NCBI RefSeq assembly: GCF_009914755.1
Contig: NC_060931.1
Direction: 5' to 3' (one strand)
Length of the DNA stretch: 64,000 bases
Source: the human T2T-CHM13v2.0 reference genome, Homo sapiens
The notes under the pieces are model-generated. The model worked only from the letters and a program-made list of their open reading frames with translations. It did no database searches and had not been told where the DNA came from. This document shows, piece after piece, positions 32,085 through 46,959 of this stretch. Numbering within the stretch: the stretch's first letter is position 1; each line of letters starts with the position of its first letter. Made by a program: the position numbers and the translations under genes.

Positions 32085-32930
32085 CTGAATGCAGTGACTC
32101 ACACCTGTACTCCCAGCACTTTGGGAGAGTGAGGTAGAAGGATCACTTGAGGCCAGGAGTTCAAGACCAACCTGGGCAACCTAGTGAGACCCCCCAACTT
32201 CTACAAAAATAAAAATTAAAAAATTAGCCAGTCTCTCTTCCTCGGTGCCGCCTACGGAGGTGACAACCATCTACTTGACATGATGGCTGACCTCAGACCC
32301 CTCATGAAGCCCAAGATTGTCAAAAAGAGGACCAAGAAGTTCATCTGGCACCAGTCAGATCGATGTGTCAAAATTAAGTGTAACTGGTGGAAACCCAGCA
32401 GTATTGGCAACAGGGTTTGGAGAACATTCAAGGGCCAGATATTGATGCCCAACACTGGTTATGGGAACAAAAAAACAAAGCACATGCCGCCCAGTGGCTT
32501 CTGGAAGTTCCTGGTCCACAATGTCAAGGAGCTGGAAGTGCCACTGACGTGCAGCAAATCTCCCTGTGCGGAGATCGCTCACAGTGTTTCCTCCAAGAAC
32601 CACAAAGCCATATGGAAAGGGCAGCCCAGCTGCCCTCAGAGTCACCAACCCCAATGCCAGGCTGCGCAGCAAAGAAAATGAATACACAGCTCATGTGCAT
32701 ATTTTATTTATGCTTAAATAAAACCATTAAAACTGCCAAAAATTTAGCCAAGTATGGTGACACGTGCCTGTAGCCCTAGCTACCCGGGAGGCTGAGGCGT
32801 GAAGATTGCTGGAGCCCAGGAGTTTGAAGGCTGCAGTGAGCTATGATTGTGCCACTGCACTCCAGCATGAGTGATACAGTGAGATCCCATCTCTAAAAAT
32901 AAATTAAAATAAGATAAAATCATAACAAAT
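32085..32930 (+). mobile_element. AluJ split by the RPL32 retrocopy
   Basis: Left arm 32085-32217, right arm 32738-32930; TSD AAACACACCT. Confidence 0.9.
32233..32737 (+). pseudogene. RPL32: Processed pseudogene of ribosomal protein eL32
   Basis: 5'TOP CTCTCTTCCTCGG; [32 protein letters not shown]; no introns; frameshift after KAI; AATAAA at 32717-32722; TSD AAAAA(A/T)TTAGCCA at 32218-32230 and 32738-32750. Confidence 0.97.
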
Positions 32931-32967
32931 AAACACACCTTAAAATGTGAATTATTTCTTCATCATC

Positions 32968-33414
32968 TGTATTAGGATTCTCTTAAAAGGACAGAACTAA
33001 TAGGATATAATAGGAGATATACATATATATTATATATATATAGGAGTTTATTAAGTATTAACTTACATGATCACAAGGTCCCACAATAGGCTGTCTGCAA
33101 GCTGAGGAGCAACGAGAGACAGTCTGAGTCCCAAAACTGAAGAACTTGGAGTCTGATGTTCGAGGGCAGGAAGCATCAGCACGGGAGAAAGACGTGGGCT
33201 GAGAAGCTAGGCCAGTCTCTCCTTTTCACGTTTTTCTGCCTGCTTTATATTCTCTGGAAACTGATTAGATTATGCCACCAGATTAAGGGCTGCCTTTCCC
33301 AGCCCCCTGACTCCAATGTTAACCTCCTCTGGCAACACCCACACAGACACACCCAGGATCAATACTTTGTATCCCTCAATCCAATCAAGTTGACACTCAG
33401 TTTTAAACATCACA
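32968..33414 (-). mobile_element. MLT2A-like (HERV-L) solo LTR
   Basis: TGTATTAGG..CCAGGATCAATACTTTG..ATCACA; TSD TCATC. Confidence 0.92.
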
Positions 33415-33881
33415 TCATCTCTCTACTTTTTAAAAAATATCTTCCTGGGGAAATGATTTTAAGGAGGTTAATTGATTGAAAATTCAGAATCAAAGAATTT
33501 CCAGACCACTGGGGGCACCGCTCCTCAGGATGTTTAACAAAATGCTCCCCAGAAACTATTGAGATGAAACCCACTGAATGGCCATCATTGATTTGACAGG
33601 TCAATGGAGTTTTTCTAGCTCTATTTCCATCAACAAGGTTTTAAGCAATCCCGTAAGTTTCAATTTCTTGAAACTCAATTCCTTTCCCCTAAATGACCTA
33701 TGTGTTAAAATAAATGTGGACATTTTAAAGTCCCTGGGTTTCACTTCATCTTGTGGATAAAACCTTATTGTGTAACCTCCTGAAATGCAGTCTGGTGTAT
33801 ACTGGTAGAAAATGCACGCCTTCATCAGTCCCTATTCCACCCCCTTGCTTTTTTATCTTTTTCTTCATCTCATTGACCACC

Positions 33882-34172
33882 TTTTTTTTGAGATGGAGCC
33901 TCACTCTGTTGCCAGGCGGGAGTGCAGTGGTGTGATCTTGGTTCACTGCAACCTCTGCCTCCCGCGTTCAAGCAATTCTCCTGCCTCAGCCTCCTGAGTA
34001 GCTGGGACTACAGGTGCCCGCCACCACGCCCAGCTAATTTTTTTTTTTGTATTTTAGTAGAGATGGGGTTTCACCATGTTGGCCAGGATGATCTCGAGCT
34101 CTTGACCTCGTGATCTGCCTGCCTCAGCCTCCCAAAGTGCTGGGATTACAGGCATGAGCCACCACACCCAGC
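33882..34172 (-). mobile_element. AluS
   Basis: Reverse Alu; TSD TGACCACC. Confidence 0.93.
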
Positions 34173-34214
34173 CTGACCACCATTTTTAATTACTGTGTGT
34201 GTGTGTTTTTTTTT

Positions 34215-34365
34215 TTTAGACATGAATTTTGGTTTTTAATTTTTTTAATTTATTTTTTAATCTTTTATTTCCAAAGATTATTGGGGAGCAGGTGGTGCTT
34301 GGTTACATGATTAAGTTCTTTAGTGGTGATCTGTGAGATTTTGGTGCACCCATAACCTGATGAAT
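34215..34365 (-). mobile_element. L1PB-like 3' tip
   Basis: TTATTGGGGAGCAGGTGGTGCTTGGTTACATGA..GATTTTGGTGCACCC with T-rich tail. Confidence 0.75.
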
Positions 34366-34799
34366 CACTGTTTTAATGAAGAGGAATAAAACCTACACAC
34401 GTCATTCTGCCATGATGCCTCATACCACCTGAAAGAGTATACAGTCACACATGGAACATACACAGTCACTAACCTAACTGGAGAATGGTACAAAATACAA
34501 TCGTTACAGGTCGTGCTAGGAATATTTCGAGCATATGGACAGCCTGTCTTCCTGGGATAGGTACCTGGAAGTCCCTGAGGCCTTATCTCCCTTCCTCTTT
34601 CCTTCTCCATCACTCTTCTCTCCACAGTACCAAGTTCATCTTGCTGGAGCCGCTAGGGCTCAGGCTGGTAAGCGCGCTTTTCACCCTGTGAGAAAGGCCT
34701 CTTCACGCAAGGTCCTGGCATGCTGCCTCTTGTGTTCAAGGTCAGCAGGGCTCATCCACTTTGGTCCTCTGTACTTCAAAGGGAAGCATTTGAAAATTA

Positions 34800-35379
<580 letters not shown>

Positions 35380-35701
35380 TGAAAATTATTTTTAATGCAA
35401 TTTTTATGCAGATGATATATGCTGCCTGGAGCAAGGAAGGGAAGAAATAAAGGATGAAAGGAACACCAAGAACCCCAGATCTTTCCCTACATTTTTCCCT
35501 CCAGCAAGGATCTCATTACTCCCAAAGCACTCTTAACCTACCCCACCATGACACAGGGGCTCACCAGTTCCTCTGCCTCTCCACCGCGATCATTCTACAG
35601 GTGATCCAGATTCACAGTGGAAGAATCAAAAACGAAAACTAAGACTGTAGCTCCAATATTGCTAGGTCTCACCTCTAAGTGTATTAAATATTCTCAGAAA
35701 G

Positions 35702-36070
35702 GGCTGGGTGCAGTGGCTTATAACTGCAATTTCAGCACTTTGGGAGCCCAAGGCAGGAGGATCGCTTGAGCCCAGGAGTTTGAGACCAGCCTGGGCAAAA
35801 CAGTGAGACCCTATCTCTCCAAAAAAAAAAAAAAAAAAAAGCCAGGTGTAGTGGTATATGCCTGCAATTCTAGCTACTCAGGAGGCTGAGGTGGGAGGAT
35901 TGCTTGAGCCTAGGAGGTTGAAGTAGCAGTGAGCTATGATGTGGCACCACTGCACTCCAACCTGGGCAACAGAGTGAGACCCTGTCAAAAGAAATAAAAG
36001 AAAAGAAAGAAAGAAAAGAGAGAAAGAGAGGAAGGAAAGAAGGGAGGGAAGGAGGGAAGAAAGAAAGAAA
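35702..36070 (+). mobile_element. AluJ with GA-rich tail
   Basis: GGATCGCTTGAGCCCAGGAG J-type sequence; purine tail. Confidence 0.9.
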
Positions 36071-36324
36071 AGAATGAACTTCTAGCTCTTGTAGGTAGCC
36101 TAAATTAAATTTATGGACTGTTCCTATAATATTCGTTACTGATTCAGGAACTGTCTCCAATCTGAAACTCCTTGAAGAAACCTAGAACCTATTTTCAGCC
36201 TTCTCACCCCAGTCAACTCTGTCTGTTCCTCCCTGGCACAATGTAAAACACTTAGCTGTGTAATCCAAGTGTTGACTGGCCTCGCTGCCTGAAATATAAT
36301 GAGAATGAGATAACATCAGCTTTA

Positions 36325-36805
36325 AAAAAAACTGTTGTAAAATATACATGCACAAATGTACCATCTTTATCGTATTTATGTGTCCAGTTCAATCACTTTC
36401 AGTAGAAACACATTGTTGTGCAGACATCACCACCATCCATCTTCAGAGCTCTTGCAAAACTGAAACTCTGTATACATTAAACAAGAATTCCTCATTTCCC
36501 CCTTCCACCAGCCCGTGGTAACCACTGTTCTACTTTCTGAATTTGACTACTCTACATACCCCTTATAAGTACAATCATAAAACATTTTGTGGGGTTTTTT
36601 GTGGTTGGCTTATTTCATTTAGCATAACGTCCTAAAAATTCATCCATGTTGTAGCATGTGGTAGAATTTCCTTCATTTTTAAAGCTGAATAATCTCCCAT
36701 TGTATGGCTAGAACACATTTTGTTTATTTATTCATCTGTGTGTGAACACTTGCATTGCTTCTACCTTTTGGTTATTGTCCATAATGCTGATTTGAACATG
36801 GGTAT
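36325..36805 (-). mobile_element. L1MB-like 3' end
   Basis: CATCACCACCATCCATCTTCAGA..AAACTGAAACTCTGTA..TTCATCCATGTTGTAGCATGTG. Confidence 0.85.
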
Positions 36806-37124
36806 AAACATTAGCTTTTAATGCCCAAATTATTATGACATCCAGAGCCTCTTAACTAGATGCCTTTCCCAGGTATTTCTGAGGATCTACAAATAAAATG
36901 ACATGCTCCACACATCCGTCCGGTGGAAAGCTTGCGGCCTTTGGTGGTATCAGTCCTCAGACTGCCGCTGTCCACCTCCCCGCTGCAGATGACTTCCTGT
37001 AGGGTCTGCATCAGCTTCTGAAGCTGTTGCTGTTCTCACACAGTGCGCTTTAGTCAAGCATGGGCAAGGACCCCTCATGAACTTCCCATGGTGATAGATG
37101 AGACATAGCTTATACATTTAATAA

Positions 37125-37710
37125 GATAGCTTTAGAAGAAAATGACAGAAACTCCAATCGAAACTGACTCCAGCCAAAAAGAGAGAGTTCTTCAGTTCAC
37201 AAAGCTGAAAAAGTACAGGCATATTCTTAATTTGGGCATGGCTGGATTCAGAGGCTCAGGTCTTCAGTCTGAAGATATGGCTTCAGGTCTTCACTCTGAA
37301 GACATGGCTGCACGTCTTCAGGATTCAAGTTCTCTTTCTTGGCTCTGTTGCGCTCTGTGTACTTTATTCTCCAAGTGGTGGTCCCCGGAAGCTCTAGGCT
37401 TGTTCCTTCCAAAGGTAAGAGGATGACTCTCCCCGACAGTCCTAGCAAGACCCAAGCCTGGCTCTGATTGGCCCAGCTGGGGTCACATGCTCAGCCATGA
37501 ACCAGTCACCATGGCCAGCGGTGCACAGTACTCACATCGGCCAGCTCTGTTGTCACTAGTGTACCCACAAAGCCATGGGATGGGGCCAGCCCTGTCTGAA
37601 ACCCATGGGACGAGTGGGGAATCCAATCTTCCCCAGGAAAATTGAAGGTGCTATTACCAAAAAAGGGTGAGTTGAACATTAGGAGGGCAAAAACAAATGT
37701 CCACTACTCT
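37125..37710 (-). mobile_element. Old MLT1 LTR
   Basis: GACAGAAACTCCAATCGAAACTG start; CTCTGATTGGCCCAGCTGGGGTCACATGC; AAATGTCCACTAC end. Confidence 0.7.
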
Positions 37711-38252
37711 TGGGGATAATAGGAAATAATTGCAATACAGAAATTCTTTAAAACTGAATTCTAGATAAGACTGCTTTCAGAATTTGTAAGGCACGGACCA
37801 TTCAACAGGGTCCCTTCTGGCCCATGAGGCCCGGAGAAAGGGCAGTTTCTCCATGCCCTCTCCCAGGCCAAAGGCCACTTCCCCAGGCCTCATTCCCCAT
37901 CCTGGGATTATTGATCTTCTCAAGATCTTTGATGGTGGGAATATCCACTCTCTCTGGGAAAAATTCCCAATTCCTGCCAATAGTGCCGTCTGACCATAGG
38001 ATTTCAACAAGACATTCACATCAAAACACAGTAGTTCAGCATGTATCAGACTTCTCAGCATCTGGCTTATTCAGTATGGAATAACATCACGAACGGGACA
38101 CCAAGACTTCAAGCCACGTGGGGTTTAGCCTGGCCAAACCCAGTTCCTTTTCTCCAGATGAAGGTTGGGCTTGTGTGTCTTTCCTATAGTCCTGGAGACT
38201 TCTCTACATCTCGTGTAAAGACCTACATGAAAAAGAAGCCATATCACTCTAA

Positions 38253-38802
38253 TGTCAGAGGCATTTGAACCAGAGCAACTCCATCTTGAATAGGAGCTGG
38301 GTAAAATGAGGCTGAGACCCACTGGGCTGCATTCCCAGACAGTTAAGACATTCCGAGTCACAGGATGAGATAGGAGGTTGGCACAAGATACAGGTCATAA
38401 AGACCTTGCTGATAAAACAGGTTGCAGTAAAGAAGCTGGCTAAAACCCGTGAAAACACAGACGGTCACAAGAGTAACCTCTGGTCATCCTCACTGCTACG
38501 CTCCCACCAGTGCCCTGACAGTTTACCAATGCCATGGCAATGTCAGGAAGGTACCCTATATAATCTAAAAGGGGGAGGCACGAATAATTCACCCCTTGTT
38601 TAGCGTGTAATCGAGAAATAACCATAAAAATGGGCAACCAGCAGCCTTCGAGGCTGCTCTGTCTGTGGAGTAGCCATTCTTTTATTCCTTTACTTAATAA
38701 ACTTGTTTTCACTTTACTCTATGAACTCGCCCTGAATTCTTTCTTGCACGAGATCCAAGAACCCTCTCCTGGGGTCTGGATCTGGATCCCTGTCCAGTAA
38801 CA
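38253..38802 (+). mobile_element. MER41 (MER41A-sized) solo LTR
   Basis: TGTCAGAGGCATTTGAACCAGAGCAACTCCATCTTGAATAGG start, AATAAA, CA end, 550 bp, TSD CTAA. Confidence 0.92.
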
Positions 38803-41382
38803 CTAAGATCAACCCATAACTTACTGATCTGGAATTGTGAGTGTGAGGTGGTTTGGAAGGATAATTCATCTGAAGCACTTAGCATCAGAGAGCTCAAGCA
38901 ACAGTAGATATCAGTTTTTTAAATTACAATACAAATATTCCAGGCAGGGGCTGTTACTGCTTTGGCAGAGACAGACGCATCCAATGCTGAAGGAGGAAGT
39001 AGGAAGCCCGCCGTTAGGAGAATGGTCTCTTAGCCAGAAAGGAAGGGACAGGGGAAGGGGAAGAGGCTCTCCCAGGATGGGCAAGAGAAAGATGGAGCAC
39101 AGCAGCTGCTCAGTTGCTCCTTGAAGGACCCCACCCTGAGAGCCTGAAGGCAGCTGCTGTCAGCCCCCAGGAGGCCTACAGACCAGAGCCCAGAATAGAC
39201 ACCAGGCTGCTTGGGGCAGTCTAATCCCATGGAGGGTTTTAACACTAATGCTGCAGAGCCCATGTGTCTTTCCACCATGCCACTGCCATCCATGCAACAA
39301 TCAACACAGAAGGAAAGGGTCAAAAGTTGCTTTTGGAGCTTTGCATTTGCACATGGGTGTTTCTAAGTCAGATGCTAATTAATGCTTGGGGGGGCTGCCA
39401 AAACCTTGTTTCTGAAATATTTTCTAGACCCTTTAAATTCATCAGTATAGACACAATGACGATAAACATTTTTATAGTAGACTTTCACACAAGACAAAGA
39501 TCAAAGGCATGTGTAATCGATGATAAAAGGAAGTGTTTCGAGTGATAAAAAAGTCATTCTCAAGTATATCTTGGTGTTGATTTTATTTTTAATAGCTCAG
39601 CTATGAGACTGTGACTTTGTGCATATACTTAAAACAGAGCTAACATTGGAAGCCTCTAACTTCACAGTTAGAGGGTCTTCATGCCCAAAGCACCTCCAAC
39701 CATCCAAGCCATGATGGCACTCATTCTGCTGTTCCATCCCTTTTCGGAAGATGTGCAGAAGTCATCCTCAGAGTCCTCGGCACTATGCTTATAATTTGGA
39801 CTTTGAACACCACGTGATCTCTGGCACCTGGTTATGGGGGTCCAGTATCCACAGCCCCCACTGGGAATTATGGCATTTCTCTTTTGTAGCATACAATACC
39901 AAATAATTAGGCTTTTTCTGTGAAAATAAACTGCTTTTAATACATGTATTATTAAACCAATAAAGCATTAATATTTACTAATTACTAATTTAAGCAAAGT
40001 AAAACCTATTTCAGAGTAAGGGAAAAGCATGCAGAAACACACATTGTTATGAGCTGTTGATAAACAAGGCTTAATATAATCCTGGTTTTCCTCATTCTAT
40101 CTTAAAGGGACATTTCAAACTCTTGCTTTCATAAACAAAACTTTGTAATTTGAAAGAGTCCAGGTTTTTATAATGATCACGTTCCTTAAAATTAAACGAC
40201 AGTTTTCACTTTTCTTAAAGGGAAAAGTGTTCAAAACTTTCTCACAGAGAAAGCATTGATTTTCCTCTGAGTTCCTCCCATGAACTGTCTTGATCGCTGC
40301 CAACTCAGTTCCTTCTGTATTCTGTGCATGTGGAATACACTGTTTTCTGCTTAACGAGTTATTTCCAACCCCATCCCCAGCCACACCTCAGTTCCACGAG
40401 TGTTCGTGGCTCAATGACCTAGGGACCCCAAGCATTCACCATAAATAAGGCTGTTTACTGACCTATTTTTACTAGGACTACTGAGATATGCTGAACCCTG
40501 GCGGGGGTGGGAGTCGGGGGGATTGAAGGTACACTTCTCCCTAGCACCATCAGTCATTGTTCAGATATTTAAATTTCACAAACAGAATCAATGGCCTGCT
40601 GGGGGCATTGTCACTTACACCGAGCAGGGCCATCTGTCGCAGCACTGGCATTTTCAGGCATTTTAGATGACAGCATTGCGGGATCTCGTTCTTTGTTCGT
40701 GGATTTCAGGATGAAGTCCTTCAATGGGGCTTCATGACTGACCAAGGTTTGAAATTGATAATGTCCCCAGATGGGGACTTGCTGATGCGGCTGCATTCAC
40801 AGCAATTAGAAGATAATCTGGTGTAAAAACTGTCCGGAGAGCGAGGGGCACAGAATCCCTGAGCTCAGGTTGAGCAGGGGAAGAGAAAGCCAGATCTCCA
40901 TTCTGGAGGCAGAGTTTTCCACTTTTCCCTAAGGGGTCGTCTCAGCAGCCGGCCTCTCAGCTACAACGTGCGGAAATCTCACTGCCCGATGTGCTAATCA
41001 CAGAATTGCACAGGTACTCCCTGAATCCAACTTGGGTTATTAAAACAACAATGAGGCTTAGGCATTTGGCTCAGTCCACCCCCAGGGTGACCAGCTGGTC
41101 ACCTCACTCCGCAACCCAAATCCAGGGGATTCATTCGTTGTCTAGGAATAACTTCTTCCACCTTGGGAATTCTCTGATTTACTCTTACCTAGGTCCACTG
41201 GTCTTGACCAAAATGTGAGGTGTCCTTAACTTAAGGTTTTGACTTTTAAGAGGCAGTCGAGGAAATAATATTATGAGGTCTGTCTATTTCTTTAGTGGTC
41301 AAAGACAGATAAGTAAAAAGGCAAAGCTAGAGTCCGAATGTATGGCTGCAGGTTCAAGATTCCAGGCCAAGTTCTTGGAACT

Positions 41383-41481
41383 CCAGCACCTCTAGACTCA
41401 CCAGCCCCACCAGCCCCTCTGGCCCCTCCAGCCCCACCAGCCCCACCAGCCCCACCAGCCCCTCCAGCCCCTCCAGCTCTG
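41383..41481. repeat. 9-bp tandem repeat (CCAGCCCCW)n, ~11 units
   Basis: Directly visible. Confidence 0.95.
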
Positions 41482-43464
41482 CTGCAGGAAATCCTGCCTC
41501 AGGGAATCATGATGCACCACCCAAGGAAGTATTTGCAGAAAAAAGAGATTCCATTATTGCCTTCCCTCAAGGGTGGTGTTGAGCCCATTAAGCTTTTCCC
41601 CAGCAGTACACAGAGTAATCTTAGGGATTCTGGTGGGAAAAATATCCCAAATTCTGCTTCCTTATGCTTCACCACATGACCCTAGGGCACACGCACTAAT
41701 CAAGAACAGCCCAGGGCATCCTGTCACCCCCCACGGTGCACCTGCAAACTGGCTTTTACAGCAACCTTGTCTTCCAAATGGGTCCGTATCTTTCTAGGCA
41801 TCTTTTGTAATGCTAACCTGTTTGGCATTACCCAGAAATGCTAACATTTCTACCACTTTAACTAATCTTAAGAGATTAAATCACACTCCATGATACTCCT
41901 GACAACAAATAGCATTTTAACCAGTAATTTACGATAAGAAGATTTTCAATCAGTGGGCTAAGCCCTTCCCTGGTGATTTAAGAAACTGCCAGCCTCGATG
42001 GAGATTCTTCCATCAATTCCTCATCATTATAAAAGAAACAATGGAGGAAAAACTCATCCAATTAAGTGACAATTCCAATGTGTAAATCTTGTAATATTTT
42101 TTGCATTTGTGATATGGGTTCTACACTAAAAATGCAACTTGTCTAATCTGAATGAGATGAAAAATCCTGAAAAAGGATGTTATCCTCAATATTTTGTTTG
42201 TGCCTCTTGATTTAGTAAACTCCCAACCACTTTTTCATCCTTCCCTGCCAAACCCCGCTACAAAATGTTTCTCATTATGACCTGAGACATTAATTCTGAT
42301 TGTAGAGGTTTTAGATCATTTCTTCTAGGTGTTAATCAGTTCTGGCCATATGGTGAGGGTGAGGTAATCATTATTACTTTACAATGAATGCCCTTAATTA
42401 CTTTTTCAGTAGTAATATTAGTCCTTCTGTTTATTTGAGTACCTAAGAGCTGCAGGCAACGTGATCTGAATTACATGGAGGACAAGCTCCAGCTGACTTT
42501 CCGTAAACTCGCATTAGGATTCTAATAGGAGACGACAGGAGCAGGTGGGGATAATGAGCTGGCGGAAGGGGCTGCCTATCACACTGCTCGGTGGCCCCTC
42601 TTTCACCCCCACTTTGCCTCAGGCATTTTCTACTCAGCTGTGACCTTACTTATGGTGATGCCAATCCAGTGGTCAGGAGCGAGGCGCCCAGCCTGTGTCT
42701 GAATCCTCCTACTGACCCTGGGGATCCGTGCGACTTGATCTTAGATATTGGTGGTGAAGCGCCGCTCTCCTTGACAGCATCCAGGAAAGGTAATTACCTT
42801 TGCCAAAATGCAAGTGGAAGTTCAAAGCCTCAGCCTTGAAGAGTGTCCCTGGAGACTTCCAGGCCCCCAATGTGAATGTGAAGCCCTCCTGCCCAGTGGG
42901 GCAAGGCGCCGGATTGACCTTCGCCTGAGTGGGAGGGCAGTCGCTGTTTGGGTCCACGTTAGGGGCGGTCCAGGTCAATTTAACTTGTCATATGCCACGG
43001 GAAGACATAAGGTAAGTTAATGATTCTAAGATGAATCAACTGCTCTTTGAGTCAGTCAGTATCTCTTGAGAATTCATTCACTCAATCCATGAATGTTTTT
43101 GACTCTCTACTATGTGTTATGGAACTGGGCTTAACGACATTGAAGTAAAGAGAGAGACAGAGATTAATTCACTGCCCCAAAGAAGGCCTGGAATCTTCTT
43201 AGGGAAAAGAATCCTCACAAAACACTCCACTGAGTATTCTTGTGTTTAGCCTGAGTCATGTTGATTTGAAAAATTCCAGCGTAAAAATTGTATATTTTCA
43301 CACAGTGTGGTAGAAGGAATGCGCTTGTTCTCAGACTATGTTTTGCCCTGGAGATGGGTCCACAGGAAGCCTCTATCTTGGTCACCCTTTGGCACAAGCT
43401 TTGCACCTGTTCCCTTCTCCTTGCCTAGATTCTTGTCTCTTCTCTCGCTTTAAAGACCAGGAGT

Positions 43465-43742
43465 TGTTGTTGTTGTTTTAGAGATAGTATCTTGCTCTGT
43501 CACCCAGGCTGGAGTGCAGTGTCACAATCATAGCTCACTGCAGCATCAACCTCCTGGCTTCAAGTGATCCTCCCAGAGGAGCCTCCCGGGTGGCTAGGAC
43601 TACAGCCATGTGCCATCAGGCTTAGCTAATTTTTTTATTTTTTGTAGAAATGGGGTCTTGCCATGTTGCCCAGGCTGGTCTTGAACTCCTGTCCTCAAAC
43701 GATCCTCCCACTTCAACATCCCGAAGTGCCACCCATGCCCAG
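43465..43742 (-). mobile_element. AluJ
   Basis: Reverse Alu with (GTT)n tail. Confidence 0.88.
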
Positions 43743-44310
43743 CAAGACCTGGATCCTTAACTCTTTGCCTGTCTTTGATCTTTGACACCTCCTGATCCCC
43801 AAGCCCCTGCCTCCCACTAGGCAGGCATTTTTGGTTAAAGTATGAGCTCCCACTTTGTATTTATCTCCAGCTTTGGGTGTTCAGTTTGATGGGAACCACA
43901 GGTGTCCCCACCTAGTTCTCCAGCCCTAATTTGTTTTCTCCCATGTTGCAGTTCCTGGCTTCTTCCCATTTGCCCACACCCTCATTGTGGCACAGTGCCC
44001 CAAACTGACACATGCCACAGGCTCAGAGTATCTTCTGATATGAAGAATGACTCTGGTCATTCGAGGGCAGAGAGGATTTCATGACCTTTCCCTGAGAACA
44101 GCAGCATGAACTGCAGGGTCAGCAAGGGGGTTGTGTCTGCCTGCTGCTAAGGTCAGATGCAGACAGCCCATGTCAGGGAAAGCCCATTTAGCATAAGAAG
44201 AGTAAAAAGAAGAAAATACCTCCTCAGCCAGGGGTACTTTGATGTGAACCAATACAATTAGTCTCTGAATGATGAATATAAATGATAATCAATGACGTAT
44301 ATGTGCTTAA

Positions 44311-45446
<1,136 letters not shown>

Positions 45447-45699
45447 TGAATTTCTTTAAATAGAGAATCTCTATTGCCTTCATAATAACATGTTTTAAAG
45501 TTAGTTTTTATTTTAAATGTTAATTTGAAGTCAAAATGCTTTTCCTCTGACTGGGTGTTTAATGCATTTAGGAAAGGCTGAGCATGAAGCCAGGGTCGGG
45601 GGATACAGCCTGTTTGGAGGGGATTGTAGAAACGGAGACTCCCAACTGGGATTGACAGGAAAGGGTCAGAGCCCAGAGAGATGCCTGCTGGAAAAGAAG

Positions 45700-46424
<725 letters not shown>

Positions 46425-46959
46425 AGAAGTAAGAGGAAAGATGATACCAACTTACCAGTAAGGGTACTAAGATGACACCCAAGTAAAATGCAGAACAGTT
46501 ATCATTTCATTTGCTTGGCAGAAGGAGGGTGACAGTTTGTAGGGAGATATAATCCAACCAAATTGTTTAGGGAAATGTGAAACCAAATGGTTTAGGGAAA
46601 ATATGATGAAATTCAATATATTTGAATTTGGGAATATATTCAATATATTTCAGTCCAATATATCCTTACAGAGTGAGGTTTGGCATGGTACCACTGTGGA
46701 TCATTTGTCTTCTATTCAAAAGAAGGACAATGTCTATGTTAATGTTATGGTTCAGGAACCTAACAGCAAGTACAGCCTGCAGCCTGCACTCCCAGCCGCT
46801 CCTGCTTACATGAGACAACAGTGAGCCACAAGACAGTGTCCCCATCTGAACATGCTTGGCCCTGGGAATCATTAGGGACTCTTAAGAAGCAGAAAGTCCT
46901 GACCACCTAACAATGAGCACCAGCTTTTCACTTAATAGTTTCTGAATATTCACCAGGTC

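Noticed and set aside
32280-32681. Functional RPL32 gene
   Set aside because: Intronless, TSD-flanked, frameshifted C-terminus, conserved arginines lost.
38253-38802. MER41 as an interferon-inducible STAT1 enhancer
   Set aside because: I found no TTCNNNGAA GAS motif by eye, and its length fits MER41A, the subfamily lacking the tandem GAS sites.
41338-41679. 113-aa proline-rich ORF as a protein-coding gene
   Set aside because: Openness is largely explained by the stop-free 9-bp repeat; no recognisable homology or splice support.
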